From Octopus vulgaris (lineage: Eukaryota), in the NCBI GenBank assembly GCA_951406725.2, contig OX597815.1, positions 104,904,001-104,968,000 of the forward strand: a DNA stretch of 64,000 bases, written 5' to 3'. Below the pieces are notes generated by a model. The model was not told where the DNA came from. It worked only from the letters and a program-made list of their open reading frames with translations, and ran no database searches. This document shows, piece after piece, positions 28,605 to 44,345 of this stretch. Positions within the stretch are counted from its first letter, which is position 1, and every line of letters begins with the position of its first letter. Both the position numbers and the translations under genes were made by a program.

Positions 28605-29555
28605 GAGTGAGAGAGCAGTGCATGCCATCAAAGTGACACTGGGTTAGGTAGGAGCACTCTGTCGGTTACGACGACGAGGGTTCCAGTTAATCCGAATCAA
28701 CGGAACAGCCTGCTCGTGAAATTAACGTGTAAGTGGCTGAGCACTCCACAGACACGTGTACCCTTAACGTAGTTTTCGGGGATATTCAGCGTGACACACA
28801 GAGTGACAAGGCCGGCTCTTTGAAATACAGGTACAACAGAAACAGGAAGTAAGCGTGAGAGAAAGTTGTGGTGAAAGAGTACAGCAGGGATCACCACCAT
28901 CCCTGCCGGAGCCTCGTGGAGCTTTAGGTGCTTTCGCTCAATAAACACTCACAACGCCCGGTCTGGGAATCGAAACCGCGATCCTACGACCGCGAGTCCG
29001 CTGCCCTAACCACTGGGCCATTGCGCCTTCACGACACTGGGTTACAAATATGCGAAACCCAATATACCCATCATAACTTACCGCCTGATAAGGGTACACC
29101 AGGCATATGCATCACAACCATATGTGCACAACATGGTGATTTCATATCAAGATGAACAGCGCATGACCTATCAGGTAGGGCCCAGTTAGAATTTTTGAGT
29201 AGGCCATCCTGCTCAATATGTTTCTGAATAAGGGTTGTTTAAAGATGTTGAACGAAACATCCATGTTTCCAAAGGTGAATTATTCAACCCACCACAGATT
29301 CCACTTGGAACATGGCTATTATGCTCCTACACTACACCTGCACGTGATCAGATGCACATATTGTCAGCCACCAAGGGATTTGCTCAGTTAGTTAAGGTCA
29401 AGCAACTAACTGACAAGCAAATCTGCGGTATTGAGCATAATATTTGCTGTAGCTCATCTTTTATACCAAAATAAAACATGCATATGATAACACTTCCAAT
29501 CAGTTAAGATCAGAAGTCATGAGAGCCACTGCCTAGTACTGTATCCTGGCAAATT
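28605..29555 (-). mobile_element. (TAA)n-associated non-coding element, full-length copy interrupted by a SINE
   Basis: Both termini match the 16245 copy; interrupted at 28647-29032. Confidence 0.85.
28647..29032 (-). mobile_element. tRNA-derived SINE (family B-related) with 12-bp TSD
   Basis: Minus strand A box tggcccagtgg and B box gtttcgattcc; TSD gacactgggtta at 28635-28646 and 29033-29044. Confidence 0.92.
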
Positions 29556-30149
29556 TATAATTATTATTGTTGTTGTTGTCGTCGTTATTTGTGTCTGGAG
29601 CAAGATGATGCGTATTCGTGGCTCGTAAGTTTTCTTTAAAATTTGTTGTTCTATTTGTTGGCATTCCAAGTTTCGTTGAAATAACTCGACTTCGCTGCAA
29701 GCGGGACCTGCTGGTGTGTCGGGAATTTTCTCATACAGGGCGAATTTTGAAATTCAATATTGTAAATTCAATATTTTAAAACAAAAATATCAATATGGCT
29801 TCCCAAATCGAGGGAAGTGGCAGCTGTTGGAATAGCTGCTATGACATTGTTTTCACACCACTAGTCGATGTGGCCGTAAAATGAAGCACAGACAGCAGCA
29901 ACAACAAAGAAAGAAGTAGCAGCAGCGACAAACATGATGTATTTAAAAATAACGCAAGCATGACCTTCATCACCATCCCCAACAGCAACACCACCCCACC
30001 ACCACTACCACAAACATTAATAAGACGACAACACCGGCTGTTCTTTTATCGTAAGAAGATGGGAAGAGTTTTGCTCAAGCTTGTCGAAAAATGGAAAAAA
30101 TAGAATTGACAAAAATGTTGAACGACCTAACCTGCACTTAAAGAATAGC

Positions 30150-32200
30150 AGGACAGTCTTCTTGAATACGCCGGTGGAAATGCAAGAAGAGATTGAGAAA
30201 AAAATTCATTATAAATAACTGTATATCATTAGAGGCGAGCAGTCTGGGTCGAGCGACGTAGGCCCACATCGAAACGTGCCTTAGACCGGTCTTGGCTTTA
30301 AAATCTTATGTCACCTGTGGAAAACGCCTTAGTACAGTTGAGGTAAGAATTAACCAAATAAAATGCCATAAAACCCTTCAAAGTGAAGACTTATGGGCTA
30401 ATTCCGACATACCTCAGTCGGAAGTTTGTCCAAATGAAGATAGAGGAGGTGCCACCAGAAGTGGACATGTCTTAGCTTGCAGCAGCCGTCTTGACAAAAA
30501 TATTCTGCAAGACCACAAAATGGGAAGGAAGAATTGATCAGGCACGGGCATGGAACTATCCTTACATGCCTATTATATAGGTATTGAAACCATGCCTCAT
30601 CTAATCAACCTACCTAATGAAACAGTTATTTGTAGCAGTAGAGGGCAGAAACCGAGTTGTCACAATCGTGGGGAAACAAAACATCAAAAGAAAAAGAAAA
30701 AACGCTGCTACAGACTCACAACACAACAACAACAGCAACAAAAATAGTAGCAGCACTATCCAAAACCAAACAGCAGCAGGACAAATTCATTCAACAACAT
30801 CAGCAGCAAGCACCGGTTCTACATCTGAGGAAAGCTAAAACATCTACACTATCGCTACCAAGAGAAACCTAACTCACACCAGTCGACCAGACTTCCAGCT
30901 TAGAAGTGCGCGACTGTGCAGACATACTTCTTCCTCGCCACATTTCCCCACTGCGGAAATTCGTCTAGCGAGTTCAGTCTTGAAAACATACCAGAACGGA
31001 ACTTGGTGAAAGGAAAAGAGAAAAAAATTCAAAATGAAAAGCACGGTACAAGACTAAAATCAAAAATATTAGAGAAGGAGACACACAAAGCAGCAAGTCA
31101 TCACACACCCACACAACCTACACCAACGCATTTACAAACATCACCAACACTACAAACATCACCAACATTGCAAATGCCTCAACAAACGTAAACATAGCAT
31201 TCCAGATCAACAATATGAGCAGCACCCACAAGGGATCGTCAGTTATACGGTCATAGACACAAACAAAAAGTCCTTGATAAAACATATTCAAAAATGCACA
31301 GACATCACTATAAATGAATACAGCGCCTCCTACAAAACACCCCTGTTCACATAAAAAATACAAAAACAACACAAGTAACTTACAACAAACTAAAAATAAA
31401 ATATTCCAAAGAATGGTAATTCTTCGCGAGACCATAAATAAAAGACTCTACAAAGAAAAGAAATGCTTGTGCAACACCTACAAATAGCCCAGGCATAACA
31501 TCTGGCACTCCACAGAAATGGAATAAGTGATTCTCTTCATTATCCTTTCTGAAAAACATGGCCTTGCTCAAAATAGTAGAAATACATGTAACCGGGGGTC
31601 GCCTTGGAAAGAGGGTCACCTACTGAATGACCTCAAGCTTCTAAATTTAGATGTAGGGGCTGTCAGTTAAATCAGACTCTCCAACCGACGAGCTTTCATG
31701 CCCGTTTCCGTTGGATCCGAGAATGAATTATCTCCATGTCAACCGGAAATGAAGGATGGAACTGTGGTGTTAATCCGAAGTGGTCTGGATCTCAAGATAA
31801 GGACTATCTTCCTGGACCCAGAAATTAAGTTGGTGATCCTGAATATGAGCAGTAGTGACTGGGGTGGGGATCACATTGGTGTCTGTTTATGCTTCTACAA
31901 GGGTAGAACAACCAGATTTCTTCAGACATCTGAATGTTTTCCTGAGAGCGTCTCGATCTGTAACGGTAATGGGTGACTGGATCACCCTCTTGGACGCCCG
32001 TTTGGATTGTGTGGAACTAGCTGTTAGATTGTGTGTAAACGCCTCGCAAACCTGCTCAAACGTTTAACAGGTACTCACTTGATTTCCTGAATGTGACAGT
32101 GTGGACATTGTTATAACTTTATATTGTTACTGCTTTTTTTTACTGTTTTACTAGCCTTTCTATGTAACTCCACATTGTATGGTCCCGTGCCGTCCCATGA
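30150..32200 (+). mobile_element. L1/Tx1-like LINE relic: decayed ORF1 with zinc-knuckle remnant plus ORF2 AP-endonuclease
   Basis: VEGR followed by CHNRGETKHQK (CCHC remnant); GTVVLIR, DPEIKLVILN, LVSVYAST..QPDFF, VMGDW..LD; RT absent. Confidence 0.75.
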
Positions 32201-33124
32201 AAATGTTCGACTTACCTTGATTAATAATTTAATTAACTTATCTTCGCCGAGGCTTTTAAAGCTTTTAAGTAAAGTTATAAATATCTGCGAGTAATTAACT
32301 TTCCTTGATATCGCTGTTCTTATGTCTCATTTAAGAAACTAATTCATTTTGGTTTCAATAACATGTATTTTATCAATGCTCATAGAGAGATAGAGATCAA
32401 GTCGGCTTGGCTGATTTTCTGTCATCATGTTATACTAGGATCAAATTTATCTTCTATTCTTAGCAGCACATTAAATTCAGTTTTATAATCTAATATTTTT
32501 TTGCCACTCAGCTACTTTACAGAAAATTATTTTCAGTCTAGCCAAAATAATTCATGGATGTTTTATGTGTTAAATGCGTTACTTCACATATTGAAACAGG
32601 GTCAGTATAAATGTGACAGACATTCAGTTTAAAGAATCTTAATTACAATCTAGTATGATTACTTTCGCCTGAGACTTTTATCGAAAGTAATATATTTTAA
32701 TTAATATGCGTCATTTTAACTTCTATTCTATTTGAAATATAGTCCTACACAGAAGATAATGCATCTCGGCTTGGCAGATGATTAGTTGGTTTCTCTCTGC
32801 ACTAAAACTTTCATTAATTCTAAGAGTGTGCTAGAATATTTTACTGGTTTCTGTAAACCTGATGTGTTTGTTGTGGTTCATCAACCCTTATTTTGTCATC
32901 TATAACATGCCACAATAGAAATTAGTGTAATTCAAAGTCACCTGAATTTTTAAGAAAATCATCCAATATTTTTTAGACGTTTTACTAGGCAAATGGGTAT
33001 TTCAAGCTCTCTAAATGTTTTATTTATAGAGTCTCGATGCCTGACATTCATGTGTGGAAACCCGAAGATTAGGAACGAACGTGACAATGATTAATATATA
33101 TATAAATGTGTGTGTGTGTATGGG

Positions 33125-33218
33125 ATGGCACATGGCTCAGTGGCTAGAGCGTCGGGTTCACAATTGTGAGGTTGTGAGTTAGAAGGAAAATTCATGTCTT
33201 TTTGGACACTAGCACTTC
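33125..33218 (+). mobile_element. tRNA-derived SINE head fragment
   Basis: tggctcagtggctagagcgtcgggttcacaattgtgaggttgtgagtt. Confidence 0.6.
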
Positions 33219-33238
33219 ATCAGAAAAAAATATACAAT

Positions 33239-33378
33239 AGGCGCAGGAGTGGCTGTATGGTAAGAAGCTTGCTTCCCAACCACATTGTTCCTGGTTCAGT
33301 TCCACTGCGTGACACCTTGCGCCGAATAAAGCCTTGTGAGTAGATTTGGTAGACGGAAACTGGAAGAACACCGTCGTA

Positions 33379-33428
<50 letters not shown>

Positions 33429-33550
33429 TATATGTATGTATATATTTGTGTGTGTTTCTGTGTTTGTTCCCCCCCACACAATCGCTTGACAACCGATTTT
33501 GGTATGTTTACGTCCCCGTAACTTAGCGAGAAGACCGAGAGAATAAGTAC
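33239..33550 (+). mobile_element. SINE family C with internal (TA)n/(TG)n microsatellite
   Basis: aggcgcaggagtggctgtatggtaagaagc head, ggttcagttcc B-box-like motif, gatttggtagacggaaactg block; related fragments at 19300-19505 and ~43205-43260. Confidence 0.7.
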
Positions 33551-33681
33551 ACCTGATTTATAACATGTAAATAAAATATTAAAAATTGATATTATACTAC
33601 AAATATATAGCAGTAATGACCATGTCTCTATCTGCTACACGTGACTTCAGCAAACGCCAACATCACTTCATCCAGAATATG

Positions 33682-33712
<31 letters not shown>

Positions 33713-33714
33713 TT

Positions 33715-33882
33715 GATTTTTATTTCTTCTTATTCTCTTCTTGTTTCTTTCTGTGTTCCTTTTTGTGGACGAGCGTAGGCTCGGAACGTTAAAGACTTTT
33801 TCACTTCCCAAGCGTTATACTAATACATGTGTTTGTTGTCTACATCACTGGTATTCGTCGTTTGTTTTTTTTGTGAATCTTC

Positions 33883-33887
<5 letters not shown>
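33715..33887 (+). mobile_element. Short pLTR-like element in (TA)n with decayed hammerhead
   Basis: cttt-TTGTGGA-c-gagc-gtag-gctc-GGAA-cg-TT-aaag; homologous to 41790-41965; (TA)n on both sides. Confidence 0.7.
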
Positions 33888-33935
<48 letters not shown>

Positions 33936-34030
33936 TATATGTGTATATATATAATATATATACACATATAATATAATATAATATAATATAATATATACAT
34001 ATATATTATATTATATTATATGTATGTATT

Positions 34031-34066
<36 letters not shown>

Positions 34067-34271
34067 TTCACTTAAAAAAAACTCTCGATCGAATAACACT
34101 ACCTGCTATATAGGTGGAATGTTTGGTGCTTATAATGAAATAGTCGGGCCTTATAGTAAAACGTCATTTAATAGCGATAATTATATATGTGTTGATGGGT
34201 GCTACATCACCGTCAATAAAATTATGCTTAGTATATGCTGCAAGCCTTCATACATCTTCAAACACAATAAA

Positions 34272-34648
34272 TACATGCGTCATACACTCGTTGTTTACAT
34301 GGTGAGAAACGTGTTTCATAGACAGCACTTTTGTCGAACACTGGTAAATGCCACTCTCTGAATTTGTACAAAGGTGTGACTTTGGTAAGCATAAAAAACA
34401 TTCAATTAATCGCTAAATCAGTGGTTCCCATGCGACCATAATATTTTCCTCATCTTCAAATACAAATATGCTCGTCTGGTTACATAATAAACACATGCGT
34501 CATATATTCGTTGTTTACATGGTAAGAAACGTGTTTCACAGGCAGCACTATTGGCGAACAACAGCAAACGCTACTGTACGAATTCGTACAGAGGCATGAC
34601 TTTGGTAAGCCTAGAAACATTTAGTTAATTGCTAGATCAGTGGTTCCC
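34272..34648 (+). repeat. Local duplication, ~158-bp units 221 bp apart (34272-34430 / 34493-34650)
   Basis: acatgcgtcata...gtttacatggt.agaaacgtgtttca...gactttggtaagc...atcagtggttccca present twice. Confidence 0.9.
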
Positions 34649-34778
34649 AAACTTTTCTTTTGCCGCGGAATCCTTCGGCATTATTTTTAACTGGATGATT
34701 ATTAAAACCTGAATCTTAGAACTCCTGATAACTTTCAGGGAGCCGTGGGGTTTTGGAGAATATACTTTGGGAATTCCT
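34638..34778. mobile_element. hAT (Charlie-like) MITE
   Basis: TIRs cagtggttcccaaac / ctttgggaattcctg; degenerate 8-bp flanks tgctagat / ctccagat resembling the NTCTAGAN target. Confidence 0.7.
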
Positions 34779-35400
34779 GCTCCAGATTAACAACTCTACA
34801 CCATATTATAAACATTTATTGGTAACTACACATGACAACCTGCAACTTTTTTTTTTCATTATTGTGGGGGACAAGATTTACACGGAACACGACAAATTGT
34901 TTACCTTATAAGAATTGTGTGGTGAACCCATTCCGCGAAATGGCAACTGATCGGGAGCGTGAATACGATAGCACCTAGGCCGAAATGCATTAACGTTTCA
35001 TACTGATCTATTTTTATTACAGATCTTGTTTCATGGCATAACATAATTTGTACCGCTATTCCTTTCTGCGTTAATGCAGGTTTCGGTTTCACGAGCAGTT
35101 TCTAACGTTCCTCCCAGCTACAATGATCGATGGAACTGTATAGGAGTCAAACCGACAACTTTTATCAGCGAAAAATAGCTTTAAATGCTATGGTAATTTA
35201 AACATTAAAGAAGTAGGTGAGAAAACAGAGGGCCATGAAGAGATTTGGTGCGGAAATTTTAAAATATCAGGTCAGTGTCGGGATTTTAAAAAATAGGTCA
35301 GTATTCTTTTCAGCTCAGATGACCTCAGTTTCCGTATAGCACCCGTGGAATACAGTCGTATAGTTGGGGGTTTTAAATTTCTCCGTCCTTTTACATACAA

Positions 35401-36668
35401 ATGCTCTCCAGAAAAAACAACAAATATACAGCAGCATTTAAACTACAAGTTATTGAAGTTTCCGAGAAGACAAATAAAAGCGTTGCAGCAAGAGAATTCT
35501 ATATTTCAGAGAGACTGAAGAAAGATATCTAATAAATTTCAGACAAGAGAGGAAACCTAGTAACTGGCCACAATTGGAGAAAAAAATTGCAGAGTGGGTA
35601 CTTGAAAGTCGTCAAAATTGAAAGTGTGTTACTCGTGAAGCCATCCGAATTCATACAAGAATGGAATCAAAGAAAGATGCAATTTCAGATTTTAAAGCGA
35701 GTGCTGGACGGTGCACTATGTCCATGAGACGTTATGGCTTAGTACTTCGCACAAAAGCCACCTACTGATCTGGATGATAAGGTAATAGAATTTCCTCGGT
35801 TTGTAATCAGAAATAAACAGAAAGATGAGTATTCATTATCATGTATTGGGAACATGGACGAAACGCCAGTTACTTTTGACATGCCAGAGAATCGAACTGT
35901 GAACAAAAAGTAAAAACAGTATTCATGAGAACCACTGGCCCCGAGAAAAGTAAAGTGACTATAGTTCTTTCATGTATGGCTGATTGTACTCAGTTAAAAC
36001 CGATGGTTGACTTTAAGAGCAAAAATGTGCCGAAGGAGAAATTTCCTAAAGGAATTGTCATCCATGTGCATCCACAAGGATGGTTGGATGAAGGTGGATG
36101 TAGAAAATAGATAAAGTTTGGAATTTACGACCTGGTGGATTACGAAAAGAAAATCGTTTGCTCGTGATAGGTCAGTTTAGGGCACATCAAGTGAAGAATC
36201 TTGTTGATAGCCTCCAGTCACAAAATACTGATATGGCTGTAATTCCAGACCGACTTGCAAGTGTTTTGTAATCGTCAGACGTTAGTATAAATAAGCCATT
36301 TAAAAACACGAGAATCAAGAAGACTAAGTTGATGCGTCATGGAGAAGAAACGTACACGAAAGGAGGTAGTATGCGGGATCCATCACTGCCTCTGATTTGT
36401 GAATGGATCGTTGATTCATGCAAAGAAATAACAGTTGTCAGATCATTGAAGAAATGTAGAATTTCGGGTGTTATTGGATGGTGCAGAAGACGATTGTCTA
36501 TGGGATGACATGGATGACGAAGAAGTGGATGATGTGCTGCCTCTAACTATGGACAGTGAAGATGAAGATGAAGAGAATCCTTACGATGATATCATTCATC
36601 CTGATGATTATGAAGCTTTATTCAGTGCTGAAGATGATGAACAGTGTGATTTTTTTAAAGGATTTTAA
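35401..36668 (+). mobile_element. pogo-family transposase pseudogene
   Basis: KYTAAFKLQVIE..AAREF, WPQLEKKIAEWV, FKASAG, IGNMDETPVTFDMP, RTTGPEKSKVTIVLSCMAD..LKPM, acidic C-terminal tail; multiple stops and frameshifts. Confidence 0.9.
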
Positions 36669-37976
36669 TGAACTTTTGTGTGTAAAGGTTTTAAGATGTA
36701 CCATATACCGTAATTGTAATTTAAAGCCGTATTACCGTAAATTTCTACTTTACTTTTCGTTTTGCCTAAATAAAAATTTAACAATTTATTGGTTTTTATT
36801 GACATTATTAATTATTTTGATATTTGTTTCATATTTTGGTAGTGGCATGTCGGTACTAGGCAGATATGTTACTAGTGGTAATATAACATAATTACGAGAT
36901 ATAAATTAATTTCATTCAGCTAGTCTGTTAAGTTTGATGGACATAAATAAAAGACAACGTGTAGATATTTATAAGAGCTACGCGGCTTCTTTATAGGTTT
37001 AGTTATTTACTAGGACGTTTATTTTTGAGGAAAAGAATTGGTAATATTCTTGTGATTCCTTTTATTTTTGGTTTTATTCGCTTAGAGACCAGTTAGGCTT
37101 CTGGTGCTGATACGGTACTTCGGATTGTAGCTTGGATATCAACCCCACAAAAGTAGTATCCATTTCAATAGTCGATCCCATAAATTAGAAAAATTCTGAA
37201 AAATTTGACTTTTACACAAGTATATACGGTGTGTATGTGTGTGTGTGTGTATAAGTACGTACATATATACATGCATACATAAATACATACATACAGACAT
37301 ACAGGCAGACACACACAAACATATATATACAAATAGGATAAATTGTTAAGGTCCAAATGCTTACTGATAACGAATACTATACCACATAACTGTATGTTGC
37401 AGGTATACCCTAATAGCAGTACTTTGCTTTATTAATAGCATAATAACCATTACGATCTGAGTAACGGTTGCAATAAATATTTATCAACATTCTCATAAAT
37501 TTTATTCCTTAAATTCACAGGAATTTACACGGTTTTGCACTGAATGATAACAAGGCTTAAAAGCATCCGAAGTTAATACTTGTCATTTCTCCACACATTC
37601 ACATTTTTTTACATTTCACCCTTCACCGATCTTCTCTTATTCACCCTTCACTGATTTTCGTTTCTTACTAATTGTCGTAGAATATATTAAAACAGAACGT
37701 TTCAGATGTTGCACAAAATGCTTTCGTTACTTTAAAATTGCGCAGCAATAAAGAGATTCATCCCATGCACACCTTGAATATTTATCATTCACCTCTATCT
37801 CTTCGCATTATATTAATCACCCTGGACTGCGGCGTACCAGTACAGTACTATTTAATATTACCATCACCACTAACTCAATTCTAATGCTTCAGGAACATGA
37901 TGGGATGGCTGAATATATAATATATATTTGTAAAAACCGTTGCACAGATTTCAGCAGAGAGAAAGAAGAGGGGGAG

Positions 37977-38020
<44 letters not shown>

Positions 38021-38164
38021 AAGAAAAAAGAAGGAAAGAAAGAAAGAAAGAAATCAAATCCTTGTATTTACACGGTTACAATGAACAGCAACGCGGTGGA
38101 TGGGCATCTGAACTGGATGATGATTAAAACCTGAATATTAGAACGTTCGAAACTAGTGAATCAT

Positions 38165-38282
38165 CTGTATACATACATACACACATACATACATACATAC
38201 ATACATACATACATACATACATACATACATACATACATACACACATACATACATACATACATACATACATACATACATACGA
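38165..38282. repeat. (CATA)n microsatellite
   Basis: Direct read. Confidence 0.95.
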
Positions 38283-38811
38283 ATACGTGCATATATAATA
38301 TACAGACAGACAGGCAGGCAGACAAACAGGCAAGCAGACAGGTCGACAGACACGCATACACTTATGCATACACAGATTTCAATTTTGTTTTCTAATAATT
38401 TGTTTCCTATAAACACCAGCAGAACGATTCTGACAGCAAGACATTTGCACGTAAGAAGGTGTGAACGCTAGTTTAAACATTCTCAGTAATTGCAGTAAAC
38501 CATGAAAATTGACACAGACTATTATTATTATTAACAATAAATAGAAGAGAAACAATGGTATTAAGACTAAAGACAAGTACTGGCAAACTGAAATATAGAA
38601 AGAAAAGCAATTATCACGGAAAAGTTCACATGTAAGAATTAAATCAAAATATTTTGCCAACTATTTCTGCTGGAAGGAAAAATTATAAATCTGCTGGTGT
38701 GTACAAGTTTCCAAATAGAAGTGATTTTGATTTATTTTATAATTCATCAATATACTTCACTGCTCATATTCATATGCACACAGACATAGATTGAAAGAAA
38801 GAAAGGAGAAA

Positions 38812-38870
<59 letters not shown>

Positions 38871-38931
38871 ATGTATATTTACATGTACATACATACATAC
38901 ATATATGTATATATATATATATATATCTATC

Positions 38932-38966
<35 letters not shown>

Positions 38967-39038
38967 ATATGACCGCGTGTGTACCGTTCGCGATTTTTTT
39001 CCTCCGTCTTCCCTTCTTTGGATCTTTCCTTTTCCTAT

Positions 39039-39073
39039 GTTTCTGACGAAGAGCTCCGCTCGAAACGTTAAAC
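39039..39073 (+). ncRNA. Type I minimal hammerhead ribozyme in a short pLTR-like element (~38970-39168)
   Basis: gttt-CTGACGA-a-gagc-tcc-gctc-GAAA-cg-TT-aaac: intact core with one extra A before stem II, 4-bp stems I and II, palindromic ACGT stem III. Confidence 0.75.
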
Positions 39074-39454
39074 CCTCCTTCTTTCCTGAGCGTCCAATAA
39101 TACTATTCTTGTTTCACGCCCTCACGTTGTTGCGTTTTCTCTTTGTGTTTTCATGTTTGGATTAACTTTATGAGGGATGACCACTAATTGAACATCTATT
39201 ATGCTAGAAGTAGACCCATTATGGTCTTACCACTAAGAAAGGATTGTTCTCAAGTAAATTTAGCAAACGCCAGAACGTAAGCGAGCAAGACAAATGAAAA
39301 GATACAAAATATAAAGATTAATCACAAGCCCGGTTTCGTTGTTACCACTTACGTAATTGTCCGCAACTCATCCTCTCGTGTATAGTTCTGCAAATTATAT
39401 TTTGTTATGACGATAACACTGATGAGTTGCGGACAATTACGTAAGTGGCTACAA

Positions 39455-39819
39455 CGAAACTGGGTTTGTGTCGACAATGCACCCGCTAACCGAGTTCTCT
39501 TCACTCGTGAATTTCTCAAGCAAAATAACATGGTATCGCTTCCGCATTCACTCTGTTCATCAGATTTGGCAACTGCGGTCTTCCATGCCTTCCCCAAGAT
39601 GAAAATACAGCTCAATAGTCGCCATTTTAATACCGGGACCCAGTGTGAATCGCAGAAGGTTCTCGATTCGCTTACGGAAAACGACTTCCAGGCCAAATTG
39701 AAAAAGTGTGGCAGGAATGCTGGGACCGGTGTATTGCTGCGCAAGGTACTATTTCAAAGGAGATGATGTTAAAACTTAGGTAAATAAGTTAATTTTTATG
39801 AAACTTTTGTAACATAATT
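39455..39819 (+). mobile_element. mariner transposase C-terminal fragment
   Basis: DNAPAN..TREFL..NNMVSLPHSLCSSDLATAVFHAFPKMK matches DNAxxH...HPPYSPDLAPxDFxLFPKLK. Confidence 0.85.
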
Positions 39820-40073
39820 TGTTAGGTACAATAAATAAGATAGCCAGACAACATTAAAAACAATACAGCGAACTAACAAATCTCTTTGCGAATCAACAAT
39901 CAATATTCCTTATGAAGAAACCAACCAACACCTCCCGACTTCACTGGGAGCTAATACGAACTTCACTCGACTCCAGACTCTGAACTTTTGAACTCACTCG
40001 GATCGTTACTCTTTATACTTTATTCAGACCAGTCTATCTCTCACAAGGGGGCGTCGTAATTCTCATCGCAACA
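39820..40073. mobile_element. Possible solo LTR
   Basis: 254 bp bounded by TGTT...AACA and abutting the mariner end; no clear TSD. Confidence 0.35.
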
Positions 40074-40113
40074 ACTCTCTTCTTGAGATTTCGACTAATG
40101 TGAGAAAGTAGAA

Positions 40114-42200
<2,087 letters not shown>

Positions 42201-42377
42201 GTTAAAATATCCATGATGAATGTTTAGAAAGATATGAGTATGTGTAACAAGAAGGCATTATACAGTGAAACAAATAATTAGAGAAATATAATTTAATTCA
42301 AAATAAATAAGTTTATCCCGAATACAATTCAATGAAACATACACACGCACAAACACCAACACCCACACACACAGATT

Positions 42378-42495
<118 letters not shown>

Positions 42496-43940
42496 GATGG
42501 ATAGAAGAGTACTCAGAGACATACATCGATAGATCTAAACATGTAAGGATACTATTTGCATACAGAAAATAAATGTTGCTACTTTGAAATTAATTCCAAC
42601 TCACCTAATCCATATACAACCCACGATAATAGACTTCGATGAACATTAAATTGCAAATTAATATTAACACAGAGTTCATAGCCTTGCACTATTGCTAATC
42701 ACCCATTGGTTCCTTACACAGACAAGAACCATGGATTTATATGAATATTAATGTGTGTGTGTGTGTGAGTGTGCATGAGTGTATGAGTATGTATACATGT
42801 ATTTGGCAATGTATTTATACGACGAATATATAAATATATATTAATGGTCATAGTGGTCCACACACATATACAAGCGCACATACACAAGCACATACATAAG
42901 AGCACATACACACATGCATACACAACCACATATGATTTTTTATCAATTTGCTTGTTTTAGTCATTGGATTGCTGTACTGGGACACCACTTTCAATGGTTT
43001 ATTTCATTACATCATGTATCGCGTTTATATTTTTTCAAGTCCATTACTCAAACTCTTCGATTTCTACATATCTCACATAATCATAGAGAAACATTTGATA
43101 AGCTGTGTCAACATACGTACAAGGACAACGTATTTAAACTCATATGTATTTGTGTGTTGCGTGTACGTGTGAACGAGTGTGTGTATGTGTGTGAGTGGGG
43201 TGTACAACTTGTTTCTGCACGGTTTCCGTCAACAAATTTCACAGAAAAGACTTTTGTTAGCTCCATTCTATTCTAGAATTTCAACCAAGAAACCGAAACC
43301 AGGTGAATATTTAGTGAGTTTCTTAATCCCATGTCTGTGTCTGCGCATGGATGGACGAATGGATGACTCGATGGATGGATAGATGAATGGATGGATAGAT
43401 GGATGGATGGATGGATGGATGCATGAATGGACACATATGCGTGTACCAAAGGAATACGAACCACAAATCCTTCAATGCGACCATTTATAATCTCTTGCAA
43501 CATTTGCAATCCTCAGACTACTCCGTTTATTCAAAAATATTATTAAAGTAAATTTAAGGTGCATAACTCTTAGAGGGAGGAAATGAATTATTTTCCCTCA
43601 AGGAACTAAGTGAATTACACAAACTTCAATTCACTTACTTCAAAATCAATCACATATGCTGCCATATGTCTCATTTTTTGCATCACTTACTGTTCACTTT
43701 TCTTCTTTTTATTGCCCGTCTCTTCTTCTATTCCTTCCGTCTACTATTGATGCAGTTTTCATGCCTTTTAAGACGTAACCTCTGCATCTTGATATCATAT
43801 GTTCTATTTTCGTTCAGGTACTTCGAAGCGAATATAATCATAAAAAACGGTATACTTTTCAGAACAATGTTAAACGTATAATGTGATCTGCTTATTACAA
43901 TCACGGCATAGCATAAAATACAAACATGCATACACAAACA

Positions 43941-44003
<63 letters not shown>

Positions 44004-44232
44004 ACAAACATATACGGGAACATATACCTTTATTCATATATGTATGGATATACATGTATGTGTGTATATATGTAAATGTATATATCTATACATACACAAA
44101 TACATACATATATACATACATAGGTACGTACATACATACATAGATACGTACAAACATACAAACATACATATATGTGTGTGTATGTGTGTGTTGTGATAAA
44201 TATGGTTGTTGTTGTTTTTTTACCTTTTACAG

Positions 44233-44345
44233 ATCACAGTTTTGCACTGGTCTTCACTTATATGATCATATCTATTTTCAGCAGATTTTCGCAGAAGTTC
44301 AGGAAGCTAAAGTCAATATGGTGGTGTATCACGCAACGTCTCAGC
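44233..44345 (+). other. Candidate host exon (unverified)
   Basis: Strong acceptor gtttttttaccttttacAG, possible donor GTGAGG at 44346, two open frames; no recognisable protein family. Confidence 0.25.

Noticed and set aside
28950-29030. tRNA gene (also at 3568, 4705, 33125)
   Set aside because: A/B boxes continue into repeated SINE bodies, one with a TSD; no complete cloverleaf
38115-38134. C/D box snoRNA (ATGATGA...CTGA)
   Set aside because: Boxes are only 7 nt apart, with no terminal stem or guide region
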